DNA of 64,000 bases from Chiloscyllium plagiosum (Eukaryota). The stretch lies in the NCBI RefSeq assembly GCF_004010195.1, contig NC_057718.1, positions 83,774,624-83,838,623 of the forward strand, given 5' to 3'. A program made the translations under genes and the position numbers. Under the pieces are notes generated by a model, which was given only the letters and a program-made list of their open reading frames with translations, did not search any database and had not been told where the DNA came from. Of the stretch, positions 63,950-64,000 are shown one piece after another. Each line of letters opens with the position of its first letter. Position 1 is the stretch's first letter.

Positions 63950-64000
63950 ATTAAGAGCACCACTTTAAGGACTCTGCACTCTCAGCTCTGTGTGGCAAGT

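Larger units (their letters stand above)
62931..63960 (-). mobile_element. 5'-truncated Penelope-like element inserted in a CR1 tail
   Basis: ORF 63191-63949 plus a terminus with hammerhead motif. CR1 3'UTR-like sequence on both sides. Confidence 0.9.

Overview
Repeat-dense vertebrate DNA, inferred to be from a cartilaginous fish (shark), based on HE1/V-SINE-type SINEs with abundant CR1, Penelope-like (PLE), L1, RTE and Rex1 retroelements. Most of the window is decayed, often nested transposable elements, and nearly all ORFs in the supplied track are TE remnants or chance ORFs. Host-gene signal is limited to two probable 3'-terminal exons plus a ~2.5 kb repeat-poor 3'UTR of an unidentified minus-strand gene (~52.9-60.7 kb), and a weaker plus-strand terminal exon near 50.2 kb. 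Highlights: (1) many PLE termini carry minimal type-I hammerhead ribozyme motifs with visible covariation, including a U3-A8 variant, and several are short palindromic insertions with 10-14 bp TSDs; (2) a Ty3/Gypsy pol fragment with integrase before RT (Gmr1-type order) sits without LTRs between the two ends of a CR1 LINE; (3) a four-level CR1>L1>solo LTR>MITE nest; (4) two short inverted duplications copied from ~2 kb away; (5) a decayed tandem array of tRNA-like heads. All calls are by eye. Boundaries without a TSD are approximate. There is one assembly gap (38847-39280).
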